A DNA stretch of 64,000 bases from Thermoplasmata archaeon (GTDB lineage Archaea > Thermoplasmatota > Thermoplasmata > Lutacidiplasmatales > UBA184). The notes below the pieces were generated by a model that saw only the letters and a list, made by a program, of their open reading frames with translations, was not told the DNA's origin and ran no database searches. Below, piece after piece: positions 1 to 10,121 of this stretch (its first letter is position 1; each line of letters opens with the position of its first letter). Both the position numbers and the translations under genes were made by a program. Location of the stretch: positions 2,224-66,223 of the forward strand of contig JAJZYH010000003.1 of NCBI GenBank assembly GCA_021798195.1, in the 5' to 3' direction.

Positions 1-627
1 GAGCTGGGGGAGCGGGTCTGCCTCCCCCGGGAACCCCGCTGCCCCGCCTGCCCGCTCCGGGGGGTCTGCCGTGCTGGGCGGGAGCTCCCGGAGCCCGGGA
101 GCCTTCCCCGGCGACGTGCTCCGGTGGCCCGGCCCCACGTGGTGGCGGCGGTGGGGGCGCTCCTGCGCCCTCCCGACCGCGTCCTGGTGGGCCGACGGCC
201 CGAGGGGGGGCTCCTGGGCGGGTTCTGGGAGCTCCCGGGAGGAAAGCTCGAGCCCGGAGAGTCACCGGCCCACGCCGTGCTCCGGGAGTTCCGGGAAGAG
301 ACGGGGAGGGCCCCGCGGATCGTCCGGAAGCTGGGCGTCGTGGAACATCAGTACAGCCACTTCCGGGTCACTCTCCACGTCTACGAACTGCGGGATGCGC
401 CCGGGACCGCGGGGGCCCACCCGACGGGTTCCCGCCTCCCGCCCCCCTTCCGGTGGGTCACGGGGAGGGAACTCCTCCGGCTCCCCCTTCCCGGTGCCAC
501 CCGGAAGATGCTCCCGTGGATCCTCCCGCGCCTCGCGGGCGCCCGGAGGGACCTCACGGGGGGCCTGCCACCGGCCCGTAGAGCTTCCCGGGGTTCAGGA
601 TCCCGTCGGGGTCGCAGTCCCGCTTGA
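1..627 (+). CDS. mutY: A/G-specific adenine glycosylase MutY, C-terminal part (5' truncated by window) with Nudix domain
   Basis: Frame 1 from base 1 reads ELGERVCLPREPRCPACPLRGVC (HhH-GPD Fe-S motif), then RRPEGGLLGGFWELPGGKLEPGES..REFREETG and HQYSHFRVTL. Confidence 0.85.
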   Translation, partial: ELGERVCLPREPRCPACPLRGVCRAGRELPEPGSLPRRRAPVARPHVVAAVGALLRPPDRVLVGRRPEGGLLGGFWELPGGKLEPGESPAHAVLREFREETGRAPRIVRKLGVVEHQYSHFRVTLHVYELRDAPGTAGAHPTGSRLPPPFRWVTGRELLRLPLPGATRKMLPWILPRLAGARRDLTGGLPPARRASRGSGSRRGRSPA

Positions 628-1942
628 GGCTCCGGAGCATGGCGGCCACGGTCCTTCCGTGCTCCTCCTCGAAGTGGGCTCCCTTGAGCGCCCCCATCCC
701 GTGCTCGGCGCTCACCGTCCCACCCAGATCCCGCGCCGCGGCCCACACCTCCCCGCGGACCGCTACTGCCTCCGGAGAGGCGGGGTCGATCCGGAAGTTG
801 GGGTGGAGGTTCCCTTCCCCCAGGTGGGCGTACGCGATCCAGGGGATCCCATGGCGTCGGGCCACCTCCTCGAGGCGCTCCAGGAGTTGGTCCCACTGGC
901 TCAGGGGGACCCCCACGTCCTCCCGGATCCGCGGCCCCATCTCGCGATCCAGAAGCTCCCCGGCGCGTCCCCGGGCCTTCCAGAAGTGGTCGGCGTCCTC
1001 GATGCGCCGGGGCGACCCCGGGATCCCCATTCCCGCGAGTTCCCGGCCCAGCGCATCCCAGAGGGGACCCTCGGTCTCCGGGGACGCCTCCACCTCCAGG
1101 AGGAGTGCCCCATGGGCCCCCTCGAGGGACCAGCCCGTCTCCGTGGCGAGGACCCGGGCCACCGACCGGTCCACCCACTCCACGGCGGAGAGCCCCAGGT
1201 CGCCGCGCCCCTGGAAGGCGCGGGCCACCGTGCCGGGTGTAACGTTCCCCGGAAGGTCCACCAGGACTCCGAAGCGCCGGGGCGGGATGGGAGCGAGACG
1301 CACCGTGATCTCGGTGAAGAGGGCGAGGGTCCCCTCGCTCCCCACGAGGAGGGGGATGGGGTCGGGCCCCGCGGAGCGCTTCCGCGAGAGCGTACCCGTC
1401 TCGAACATCTCGCCGCTTCCGAGGACGCCCTCAAGCCCCGTCACCCACCGCCGGGTGGGGCCGTAGCGGAAGGAACGGAAGCCGGAGGCGTTGGTGCCCA
1501 CGTTCCCTCCCACGGTGGAGGTCATCCAGCTTCCCGGGTTGGGAGGGAAGAAGAGCCCCAGCGGCCCCAGGATCGCCTGCAGGGATGCGTTCACCACCCC
1601 GGGCTCCACCCGGGCGATCTGGTCGGCGGGACGGATCTCGAGGACCCGGTCCATACCGGAAAAATCCACGGCCACGCCGCCTTTCCAGGCCACGCTCTCT
1701 CCGTCGAGGGACGTCCCCGCGCCGCGCGCCACCAGCGGGACCCGGTGGCGGCGGGCCCAGAGCACCAGTTCCCGGACCTCCTCCCGGTTCCGGGGAGAGA
1801 CCCATGCCTGGGGCTGACCCGGGACCGGGGAGGCGTCCCCCCGTACGCGGGCCAGGTGCGATTCCGCACGGGAGGCGCGGGTGCCGAAAGTGGCCGCGAG
1901 GCCCGCCCAGTCCGGAAGATCCTGAGGAAGCTCCTGGGTCAT
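554..1942 (-). CDS. FAD-linked oxidase, GlcD/D-lactate dehydrogenase family
   Basis: ARGAGTSLDG, TVGGNVGTNASG, GSEGTL, HLGEGNLH, SAEHGMG, DPDGILNPGK. ATG 1942 overlaps the hutH stop (ATGA). Confidence 0.85.
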   Translation of the reverse strand: MTQELPQDLPDWAGLAATFGTRASRAESHLARVRGDASPVPGQPQAWVSPRNREEVRELVLWARRHRVPLVARGAGTSLDGESVAWKGGVAVDFSGMDRVLEIRPADQIARVEPGVVNASLQAILGPLGLFFPPNPGSWMTSTVGGNVGTNASGFRSFRYGPTRRWVTGLEGVLGSGEMFETGTLSRKRSAGPDPIPLLVGSEGTLALFTEITVRLAPIPPRRFGVLVDLPGNVTPGTVARAFQGRGDLGLSAVEWVDRSVARVLATETGWSLEGAHGALLLEVEASPETEGPLWDALGRELAGMGIPGSPRRIEDADHFWKARGRAGELLDREMGPRIREDVGVPLSQWDQLLERLEEVARRHGIPWIAYAHLGEGNLHPNFRIDPASPEAVAVRGEVWAAARDLGGTVSAEHGMGALKGAHFEEEHGRTVAAMLRSLKRDCDPDGILNPGKLYGPVAGPP

Positions 1943-3543
1943 GGGAACTTGGAGCGGCCCGAAGCGGGCCCCTTGCCGGAGCTTCCTTTGCGCCGCATCC
2001 CCTTCGAGGTACCGGAACCCTCCCGGGAAACCTCGCGGGCGACCTTCTCCAGGAGGGGGCCCTCCCGGAGCAACCGGGCGAGGGTCTCCAGGTCCGGCGC
2101 CGGAGGGCGGTCCGCCTCGAGGGGAGGGACCCGCCGGCGCACCTCCCGGTAGAGGGACTCGGTCCCCACGCCCCCGTGGGCCGGTCGCCGCTCCTCGAGG
2201 CCGGCGCATCCCAGGAGGAGCTCCACGGCGAGGATCCGCCAGAGGTTCTCCAGGATCCGCTGCCCCTTCGCCCCCGCCCCGGCCCCCATGCTGTTGAAGT
2301 CCTCCTGGTTCGCCGAGGTGGGGAGGGAGTACGCGCTCACGGGGTGGGCGAGCGCCGCATTCTCGGCCACCAGGGCGGCGGCGACGTACTGCGGGATCAT
2401 GTACCCCGACGAGAGGCCGGGGGTCCGGGACAGGAACGGGGCGAGGCCCCGGGAGAGATCGGAATCCACCAGGCGGGCGCTCCGGCGCTCCGAGAAGCTC
2501 CCCACGTAGCTCAGCGCGAGAGCGAGGGTCTCCAGGGCGAGGGCGAGGGGCTGGCCGTGGAAGTTCCCCCCCGAGACGAAATCGGACCCGAAGATGAGAG
2601 GGTTGTCCGAGGCCGCATTGAGCTCCCCCTCGAGGACCCTCCGGGCCCAGCCCAGGCCCACCCGGGAGGCTCCCAGGACCTGGGGGATGCACCGGAGCAC
2701 ATAGGGGTCCTGACCCTGGTAGTCCCGCGCGGGTCGGACCAGGGCGCTCCCCCGCAGCCATCCGCGGAGGAAGGCGGCCACGTCCTCCTGCTCCGGGAGG
2801 TTCCGGGCCCCGTGGAGCCGGGGATCCAGAGCCCCCACGTTCCCCTGGAGCACGTCAAAGGAGAGGCCGGCGACCATCTCCGCCGCCCGGAGGAGGCGTT
2901 CCCCGTCCTGCTCCAGGAGCGCCAGGTACGCCGTCATGAGGCAGGTCCCGTTGAGGAGCGCGATCCCTTCCTTCTCCTGGGGCACCAGGGGTGGGATCCC
3001 CGCGTCGCGCAGCGCCGCCGCCCCGGGCTTCGTCCGTCCCCCTTCCGCGAGCACCTCCCCTTCGCCCAGCATGGCGAGGGCGGCGTGAGCGAGCGGCGCA
3101 AGGTCCCCCGAGGCGCCCACCGACCCCTGGAGGGGGATGGCGGGAGTGACGTCGCGGTTCAGCATCCCCAGGAGCGTGATCACCACCTCGGGGCGGACGC
3201 CAGAGAAGCCGCGGCAGAGGCCATTGGCACGCACCAGGAGCAGGGCCCGGACGAGATCCGGAGGCAGGAGGGGGCCCACCCCGCTGGCATGGGAGCGGAT
3301 GAGGTTCCGCTGCAGGGTCTTGGCATCCTCCCGGGAGATCAACCGGTCCGAGAGGCGGCCGAACCCCGTGGTGACCCCGTAGACCGGGCGGCCCTCTTCC
3401 ACCGCCCGGAGCACCTCCCGGCGGGAGCGCTCCATCCGCCGGCGCGCCGCGGTCCCGAGGCGTACCCGTCGATGCCCCCGGGCGACCTCCATGAGCATCT
3501 CCGGGGTGAGGTGCGCTCCATCCAGGGTGATGGGCTCCGCCAT
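1939..3543 (-). CDS. hutH: Histidine ammonia-lyase
   Basis: VYGVTTGFG, LQRNLIRSH, MIO-forming GSVGASGDLAPLAH, SGGNFHG, SANQEDFNSMG. Confidence 0.95.
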   Translation of the reverse strand: MAEPITLDGAHLTPEMLMEVARGHRRVRLGTAARRRMERSRREVLRAVEEGRPVYGVTTGFGRLSDRLISREDAKTLQRNLIRSHASGVGPLLPPDLVRALLLVRANGLCRGFSGVRPEVVITLLGMLNRDVTPAIPLQGSVGASGDLAPLAHAALAMLGEGEVLAEGGRTKPGAAALRDAGIPPLVPQEKEGIALLNGTCLMTAYLALLEQDGERLLRAAEMVAGLSFDVLQGNVGALDPRLHGARNLPEQEDVAAFLRGWLRGSALVRPARDYQGQDPYVLRCIPQVLGASRVGLGWARRVLEGELNAASDNPLIFGSDFVSGGNFHGQPLALALETLALALSYVGSFSERRSARLVDSDLSRGLAPFLSRTPGLSSGYMIPQYVAAALVAENAALAHPVSAYSLPTSANQEDFNSMGAGAGAKGQRILENLWRILAVELLLGCAGLEERRPAHGGVGTESLYREVRRRVPPLEADRPPAPDLETLARLLREGPLLEKVAREVSREGSGTSKGMRRKGSSGKGPASGRSKFP

Positions 3544-3606
3544 GCCCCGGGAGGATGAGGGGAACCTCTTATGCCATGCGGCCGGAGGCAGATGGCATCC
3601 GGCGCG

Positions 3607-6003
3607 CTATGCGTCGCGGATCCCTTCCGGGGTGACGGCGAAGACCGCCTCCCCCTCGGGGAGGTTCGGGGAATCCACCAGGCGGGCGATCCTCTTGGGA
3701 GGCTTCGACCGCCGGAGGTACACCCGGTAGGTGGCGGTGTGGCCCACGATGTTCCCCCCGATGGGCCCCGTGGGATCTCCGAAGAGCACGTCCGGCCGGG
3801 CCGTCACCTGGTTGGTGCAGAGGATGGCGGCATTGAAGACGTCGCCGAAGCGCAGGAGGTCGTGCATGTGCCGGTTGAGATGTTGCTGCCGGTCGGCAAG
3901 GGTCCCCCGCCCCACGTACTCGGCCCGGAAATGCGCGGTGAGGGAATCCACCACGAGGAGGCGGACGGGCTTCTCCCGCGCGAGCTCGAAGGCCTTGGGC
4001 ACCAGGAGCTCCTGATGGTTCGAATTGAACGCCCGGGCCACGTGGACCCTCTCAAGAGCCTTCGCGGGATCCATCCCCACTCCCTTCGCCACCTCGCTGA
4101 GCCGCTCCGCCCGGAAGGTGTTCTCCGTGTCGATGTAGATGCAATCCCCGTCGAGCCCTCCCTGGTCGGAGGGGAGCTGCACCGTCACCGCGCACTGGAG
4201 CGCCATCTGGGTGTTGTGGAGGAGGGTGGGCGTCTCCCCTCCGATGAACGAATGCCCCTCGGGGACCACCAGATCGTAGACCCATCCGTTCCGGTGCGGC
4301 CTCTCCCGGATCTCCTGGATGGGGTCCCACTGGAGTCCCCGGACCGTCTTCAGGGTGGCGAGCGCCCCCTCGAGCCTCTCCAGGCGCGACCGGAGGGCGT
4401 CGGCCCACGCCGCCCATGCCCCCGGGTCCTCGGGGGCATCCCCGCGCAACCTCTCGGGCAGTCGGGAGCGGAGTCCCGGATCCCGGCTCGCTCCCTCAGT
4501 ATTGGCCGTCTCGAGGAGGGAGAGGGTCGCCCGAAGGTCCGTTCGTGCCGAGAGGAATTCCCGGAGGACCTCGTGGAGCGGGATCGCCTCCTTCACGGCG
4601 GCGTCCCCTTGGCCCAACACCTCGCTCCGGAGTTGATCCAGCCAGGGAACGAGAGGAAGCGGGACTGCGCCGCCGTCTTGCTGGGAACCGGGCCCTTCCG
4701 GCCAGCGCTGGAAGGGGAGAAGCACCTGTGCCTCCAGCTGGGCGCGGCCCTCCTCCGGGGTCTCCACACGCCAGACCATCCGGCCGTGGACCCGTCCCCG
4801 GATCCTCCGGACCGGTATGCCCAGGGAAGCCCACACGTAGGCGAGTTCGCTGGAGAGCCGGGCGCCACGGACCCGAACCCCCCCGCGCCGGGCGGCCCGG
4901 GGCCCCTGGGCCTCGATCCATCCGGCGACGAACGCCCGGACCCTCTCCGAAGACGCCATCCAGACGAAGGAAGGGATTCGGGAGTTCCTCGTGGGGAGGC
5001 CCTCGCGCCATGGCGGGATCGCCCGTAACAGGCGCCCAAGCGTCCGCGCGACGTTCCGATGCCCGGGAGAGGGCGCGGGGAGACGGATGCCATCTTCCTT
5101 GGCTCGGCGACCCAGGTACTCAGTGGCCCATGACACCAGGCGGGGATCCGGCCGCGGCGAAGGATCCGCCGCGAGCCCCAGGAGAAGTCCCGCGGCGAAG
5201 GCATCCGCCTCCTCCAGTGGCGATGCGCCCGGAGTTCCGGAGGGTGTCCACGCCCGAGGCCCCGCGAGGGGCGCCCCCGGCGCGAGGAGGCCCGCCGGCA
5301 CCCAGGTCACGCCCTGCGGGGTGAGGGTGAGGAGCTTGTGCGCCGGGGTGACCCGAAGGGTCCGCCCTCCCCGGGTGGTGATCTCGAGGACCTTCCCGGT
5401 CCGCTCCCGGTAGAGGTAGGACGCGGCGGTCCGTCCCAGGCCCCCGCGGGAGAGGCCCACCACCTTCACGCGTCCGTGGAGCGGTACCGCGAACCCGCCA
5501 TCGTACGGGGTCTCCCCGAAGAGGGCGGAATACTTCGCGTAGGTTTCGGCGATGGGTTCGAAGTGGGGATGCTCGTCGTTGAAATAGAGGAGGGGGGTCC
5601 CGGCGCCGCAGCATTTGCCGCTCCCGTACTGACCATACATCTCGGTGATGGCCTGGGTCTCGATGCCGCCTCCCAGGAGTTCGTCCACCGCCTTGGACAT
5701 GGTGGTGATGCGTCCCAGCTTCCGCCGTCGTTCCAGGATCTCGTTCCCCGTCTCGAACCCGCCCACCTTGACGTGCTTGCGGGCCTCCAGGATGATCTTC
5801 TGGGCCGCGCCCTCCCCGATCTCCGCCGCGGTGGCCACATCGTCGGGGGAGGCCACGGCGAGCTCCATGAGATCGCCGTAGCCCGCCTCCCGGAGCTTCT
5901 CCGCGGTGGCCTGCCCCACGCCGGGAAGGTCCTCGAAGGGGACCTGGGTCACGTCGTCTTCTTCCTCGGCGGGAGGGGATGGCTTCGACGGCTTGTTGGC
6001 CAT
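3607..6003 (-). CDS. radA: DNA repair/recombination protein RadA with intein
   Basis: N-terminal Hh[22 protein letters not shown]-loop GQYGSGK/T split by intein, [38 protein letters not shown]. Confidence 0.95.
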   Translation of the reverse strand: MANKPSKPSPPAEEEDDVTQVPFEDLPGVGQATAEKLREAGYGDLMELAVASPDDVATAAEIGEGAAQKIILEARKHVKVGGFETGNEILERRRKLGRITTMSKAVDELLGGGIETQAITEMYGQYGSGKCCGAGTPLLYFNDEHPHFEPIAETYAKYSALFGETPYDGGFAVPLHGRVKVVGLSRGGLGRTAASYLYRERTGKVLEITTRGGRTLRVTPAHKLLTLTPQGVTWVPAGLLAPGAPLAGPRAWTPSGTPGASPLEEADAFAAGLLLGLAADPSPRPDPRLVSWATEYLGRRAKEDGIRLPAPSPGHRNVARTLGRLLRAIPPWREGLPTRNSRIPSFVWMASSERVRAFVAGWIEAQGPRAARRGGVRVRGARLSSELAYVWASLGIPVRRIRGRVHGRMVWRVETPEEGRAQLEAQVLLPFQRWPEGPGSQQDGGAVPLPLVPWLDQLRSEVLGQGDAAVKEAIPLHEVLREFLSARTDLRATLSLLETANTEGASRDPGLRSRLPERLRGDAPEDPGAWAAWADALRSRLERLEGALATLKTVRGLQWDPIQEIRERPHRNGWVYDLVVPEGHSFIGGETPTLLHNTQMALQCAVTVQLPSDQGGLDGDCIYIDTENTFRAERLSEVAKGVGMDPAKALERVHVARAFNSNHQELLVPKAFELAREKPVRLLVVDSLTAHFRAEYVGRGTLADRQQHLNRHMHDLLRFGDVFNAAILCTNQVTARPDVLFGDPTGPIGGNIVGHTATYRVYLRRSKPPKRIARLVDSPNLPEGEAVFAVTPEGIRDA
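4213..5613 (-). mobile_element. Intein (467 aa) in the RadA P-loop with degenerate LAGLIDADG endonuclease
   Basis: Begins Cys after GSGK; block [11 protein letters not shown], block [13 protein letters not shown], ends LLHN followed by Thr+1. Confidence 0.93.
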
Positions 6004-6026
6004 GCCCCCGGCGACGGCGGCGGGAG

Positions 6027-6033
6027 ATATATA
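6027..6033 (-). promoter_or_regulatory. TATA box of radA
   Basis: TATATAT 24-30 nt upstream of ATG 6003 in a very GC-rich background. Confidence 0.6.
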
Positions 6034-6106
6034 CGTGAACAGGAGGTCCTGAAACACCCTCCGGTGACCGCGCCCGGGCAGGGAAGGGCGAGGCCTCCTT
6101 TCTCCT

Positions 6107-7108
6107 TCAGGAACTTCCGGAAGGGGAGGCCTCCAGGGTCCGGAAGGGAGTGCCGGTGAGCCGCTCGTAGATGTGGGTGTAGAGCCGGCTCACCTCCTCC
6201 ACCAGCTGGGGGGGGAGGGGGGGGATGGGGGGTTCCTCCTGATGGGCCTCCCGGGCCACCATGAGCTTCGCATGGTAGCCGGTCTGCCGGTAGTACTGGC
6301 GCACGAACTCCTTGGAGAACTCCTCGAACCTCCCGTCGGCCATGCCCACGGTCTCCCAGAACCGGTCCTCGTCCCCCGTTCCGAAGGTGTCCACCACCAT
6401 GGGCTCCCCGTCGGGCCCGAACGCGAACTCCTTCTTGCCGTCCACATGGACGAGCCCCCGGGGCGAGATCTCCTTCTGGATGGCCTCATCGATGCGCAGG
6501 ATGATCTCCCGGATCTCCTGGAAGGTCTCCTGGGAAAGACCCCCCACCCGGAGGGCCTCCTCCGGGGAGAGGACGCGGTCCACCTTCTCGAGCTTCGTGG
6601 TGACCTCGAACATGGGCTCGGGGAGCTTCTCCCCGTAGGTCACGGTCTTCCCCGTGGGAAACCCCAGCTCCGGCGGCTCCACCTTCCCCGCCTTCACCCG
6701 GTCCCAGAGGCTCCCCGCCACATAGTACCGCATGACGAACTCGAGGGGGATGAAGGCGTTCCGGGGACGGGGCCCGAAGGCCCGGACGTCGGGACGGACC
6801 TCGACGCGCCTCACCCGCATGCGGTTGGGGGCGGAGAGGGAGAGGAAGTGGTGCTTCACGCCCAGCCGCGAGCACATCTCGAACCAGTGGGCGCTCGTCC
6901 GGGCCAGCGTCTCCCCCTTGTGGGGGATGAGGCTGGGGATCTTCTTGTCGAAGACGCTGATGTCGTCGGAGAAGCGGAACTCCACCTCGTCGGGGGCGGT
7001 CTGCCAGACCTCCTTCACCTTCCCCCGGCGCACGAAACGGGGGAAGGGGCCCTCCGAGGGAGGGACGGACGGGCTCTTGGGCTCCGAACGCGAGGATCTC
7101 TTGGACAT
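6107..7108 (-). CDS. purC: SAICAR synthase
   Basis: [57 protein letters not shown]. Confidence 0.92.
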   Translation of the reverse strand: MSKRSSRSEPKSPSVPPSEGPFPRFVRRGKVKEVWQTAPDEVEFRFSDDISVFDKKIPSLIPHKGETLARTSAHWFEMCSRLGVKHHFLSLSAPNRMRVRRVEVRPDVRAFGPRPRNAFIPLEFVMRYYVAGSLWDRVKAGKVEPPELGFPTGKTVTYGEKLPEPMFEVTTKLEKVDRVLSPEEALRVGGLSQETFQEIREIILRIDEAIQKEISPRGLVHVDGKKEFAFGPDGEPMVVDTFGTGDEDRFWETVGMADGRFEEFSKEFVRQYYRQTGYHAKLMVAREAHQEEPPIPPLPPQLVEEVSRLYTHIYERLTGTPFRTLEASPSGSS

Positions 7109-7189
7109 ACGGGGAAGAGGCAACGTCGGCGACCTAAAAGTCCACCCCACCCGTCCCCGCGCCACGGGAACCCGGTGCAGGGAAGGACG

Positions 7190-7840
7190 TCACCGATGGC
7201 GACGGGACGCTCCGCGGGACCGTCGCGGAGCGCTCCGCGCCGGCGGGGCCCGCCCTCCCGAGAGCCGCCGGACGATGCCGTCCATCTCCCGGCGGGCCCG
7301 GGCGACCTCCCGGCGCTCCCGCGCGATCCATTGCCGGGCCGGTGCCAGATTGGGCCAGGGGGCGAGATCGCTCTCGACGGGGCCGGCTCCTTGCGCCTCC
7401 GGTTGCGGCTCGGGGGATGTCGTCTCCCCCGCGGAATCCTCCTCGGCGGGTCCTTCCGCCGCCGTTTCCTCCACCACCGGGGAACCGCCATCTTCCTCCA
7501 CCAGGGGCAGCTCCTCCGGCGAGGGTTCCCCGCTCTCTGGTGCGGGCGCATCCCCGGGGGGAGGGGGTGGTCCACCGGAGGGGCCATCCGTGGGCAAGGG
7601 GACGGGAAGGTCCGGCTCGGGAGGGGGGGGAGCCGTGGGGACGGGCTCGGGCGCCGGGGGCTCTCCCGGACCCTCCTCCGTGTCCCCGCGGTAGGCGGCC
7701 TCGGGAGGAGGGGGCCCATCGGGCCGGGGAGCGTCTTCGAAATGGAGCGGGTTCTCCGAAGGGTGCGCCCGGGCCCGGTGGGTGCTCAGGAGCTCGCGGG
7801 GCAGACGGACCGAACAGATGGGACAGGTCTCCAGGGGCAC
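7190..7840 (-). CDS. Hypothetical protein: N-terminal C2H2 zinc finger, acidic/Pro-rich linker, basic C-terminal helix
   Basis: CPICSVRLPRELLSTHRARAH; fills the gap between co-oriented genes; start uncertain. Confidence 0.55.
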   Translation of the reverse strand: MPLETCPICSVRLPRELLSTHRARAHPSENPLHFEDAPRPDGPPPPEAAYRGDTEEGPGEPPAPEPVPTAPPPPEPDLPVPLPTDGPSGGPPPPPGDAPAPESGEPSPEELPLVEEDGGSPVVEETAAEGPAEEDSAGETTSPEPQPEAQGAGPVESDLAPWPNLAPARQWIARERREVARARREMDGIVRRLSGGRAPPARSAPRRSRGASRRHR

Positions 7841-7933
7841 TGTATCTCGCCTCGGATGCAAAGAGGGGGGACCCCCTATTTGGGTCCTCCCGGTACAGGG
7901 GAAGGAGGATCGCGAGGGTTCCGAGGGCTCCCC

Positions 7934-8497
7934 CTACACGGACCGGGCGTGGATCGAGGTGATGGGGCGGAAGCCCCTCTTGGCATAGAAGCGTGTGGCG
8001 ATCTCGTTGAGCGAAGGGAATTCCACGGTGATGACGCCCGCGCCCCTCTCCTTCAGGATCCGGGTGGCCTCCTCCACGAGGTACTCCCCGAGCCCCCCCC
8101 GGCGGTGGGCCGGGAGCAGGTAGATGTCCAGCACCACCCCCTCCTTCTCGGGGACATAGAACAGGCGCTCCCGGATGGTGGCCCGGAGCACCCCCACCAC
8201 CTTCCCCTCGTCGGCCCCGGTCGCCTCGGCGGAGAGCAGGAGGGAATTGGGATTCGAGAGGTCCGCCGAAAGGACCCGGAGCGCCTGCTCCTCGGCATCC
8301 GGCCGGACCGCGAGGAGCGGATCGAACTCCCCGTTGAGCCTCTTGAGCCGGACGAGGAGCCCCACCAGCGCGGGGAGATCGTCCTTCCGGGCGGGGCGGA
8401 CCCGCACCCCCCGCACGACCTTCCCCTCGCCGGGGTCCGGTGCCTCGCGCTCGCTCCCTTTCCGGTCCTTTTGGGCCGTCCCCTTCCTCGGTTCCAT
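7934..8497 (-). CDS. GNAT acetyltransferase
   Basis: VRPARKDDL, IYLLPAHRRGGLG, NEIATRFYAKRGF. Confidence 0.88.
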   Translation of the reverse strand: MEPRKGTAQKDRKGSEREAPDPGEGKVVRGVRVRPARKDDLPALVGLLVRLKRLNGEFDPLLAVRPDAEEQALRVLSADLSNPNSLLLSAEATGADEGKVVGVLRATIRERLFYVPEKEGVVLDIYLLPAHRRGGLGEYLVEEATRILKERGAGVITVEFPSLNEIATRFYAKRGFRPITSIHARSV

Positions 8498-8537
8498 GAA
8501 TCCTTCCGCCTCCCGTCCGCCCGGTGATCCTCCCGCG

Positions 8538-9959
8538 TCAGCCCTCCGGGGGCATGGGGGGGAGGAGCCCATTCTGGGAAAGCCATTGTCCCAGTCGTCG
8601 GGACCTCGTCATCCGCTGGGTGGCCATCTCCAGGAACTCGGCCCGGCTCCTTCGCACCCGGGCGATCCCCAGCTCCACGGCCTGGGTGGCCACCGCTGCG
8701 GCGATCTCGGGGAAGACGCTCTCCTCGTCCATGGTGGGGAGGATGTGCTCGGCGGTGACGCCCCGCACGCGGGCCGCCCGGGCAAGCTCCCGGGCGGCGG
8801 CGAGGACCACGGGATCCGGGATCCCGGTGGCCCGGGCGTCGAGGATCCCCCGGAACACGAACGGGAAGACCAGCGAATTGTTCACCTGATTGGGGAAGTC
8901 GCTCCTCCCCGTCGCCACCACCGCCGCACCGGCCTCCCGCGCCACCTGGGGCCAGATCTCGGGGTCCGGGTTGGCCAGGGCGAACACGATGGGGTTCGGC
9001 GCCATCCGGCCGACCCACTCGGGCCGGACGGCGCGGGGATCCGGGCGGCTCGCCGCCAGGAGCACGTCGGCGCCGTCCAGGGCCTCCGCGAGGCCCCCCC
9101 GACGCCGGATCTCGTTGGTCTCCAGGGCGAGGTCGTACTTCCACCGGTTGTGCAGCATGAGTTCGTCCAGGTCCTCCCGCTCCGCCTGGAGGATCCCCTT
9201 CTGGTCCACCATGATCATGGCCCCCATGTCCGCCCCCAGCGCCCGGAGGAGGCGGGCGGTGGCCAGGTTCGCGGCACCGGCGCCCAGGAGCACGATCCGC
9301 GCCGTGTCGATGCGGCGCCCCGTCACCTCGAGGGCGTTGAGGAGCCCCGCCACGGTGGCCGCCGCCGTTCCCAGCTGGTCGTCGTGCCAGACGGGGATGC
9401 GCAACGTGGCCTGCAGGCGGTCCAGGATCCAGAAGCACTTGGGGCTCGCGGTGTCCTCCATGTTGACGCCGCCCAGCGCCGGTTCCAGCCGCCGCACGGT
9501 CTCCACGAATTCCTCGGGGGAGGCCACCTGGATGGGCAAGGGGAACGCGTCCACCCCCCCGAGGTACTTGAACAGGAGCGCCTTCCCCTCCATCACGGGA
9601 AGTGCGGCGCGGGGCCCCACGTCCCCGAGCCCCAGCACCCGGGACCCGTCGGTGACGATCCCGATGGTGTTCCATCTCCCGGTGAGCTCGAACGAGAGGT
9701 CCGGGTCGCGCTGGATCTCCCGGGAGACCTGGGCGATGCCCGGTGTGTACCAGTAGGAGAAGTCCGCGAGGCTCCGGATGGGCACCCGGGGGACCACCTC
9801 CATCTTTCCGCCGTAATGCCGCGCCAGCTCCACGGCGCGTTCCGAGAGCTCCGCGGTCTCCCGCTCCGCCCGGTGCGCCGAGTCTCCCGGGGCATCCGCC
9901 CCGGAGGGCGGTTCCCGCACGGTTTCCTTGGGCCGGACTGATGACACGGCATCCCCCAT
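8538..9959 (-). CDS. NAD(P)-dependent malic enzyme
   Basis: YTPGIA, VTDGSRVLGLGD, MEGKALLFK, HDDQLGT, GAGAA, FALANPDPE, ATGRSDFPNQVNN. Confidence 0.95.
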   Translation of the reverse strand: MGDAVSSVRPKETVREPPSGADAPGDSAHRAERETAELSERAVELARHYGGKMEVVPRVPIRSLADFSYWYTPGIAQVSREIQRDPDLSFELTGRWNTIGIVTDGSRVLGLGDVGPRAALPVMEGKALLFKYLGGVDAFPLPIQVASPEEFVETVRRLEPALGGVNMEDTASPKCFWILDRLQATLRIPVWHDDQLGTAAATVAGLLNALEVTGRRIDTARIVLLGAGAANLATARLLRALGADMGAMIMVDQKGILQAEREDLDELMLHNRWKYDLALETNEIRRRGGLAEALDGADVLLAASRPDPRAVRPEWVGRMAPNPIVFALANPDPEIWPQVAREAGAAVVATGRSDFPNQVNNSLVFPFVFRGILDARATGIPDPVVLAAARELARAARVRGVTAEHILPTMDEESVFPEIAAAVATQAVELGIARVRRSRAEFLEMATQRMTRSRRLGQWLSQNGLLPPMPPEG

Positions 9960-10121
9960 TGTGGACTTCGTCCCGTGACGACGGGGGTCCCTGCGATTTA
10001 ATCCTTCCTCGGGACGCGAAGCATCCGGCGCTTGACGATGTTCATGCGTGGGTGGATGGAAGACGTCACGCCCGCCCGTGCCCTTCCCGCCCCGCCTCAC
10101 GCAAGCGGGTGGGCAAGGACC

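Noticed and set aside
71-2152. Long 693-aa ORF and similar ones (e.g. 6173-8527, 17300-19945, 21880-24120, 52490-55192, 56015-58339)
   Set aside because: Antisense or off-frame shadows of well-supported genes; Arg/Pro/Gly-rich and expected at this GC content
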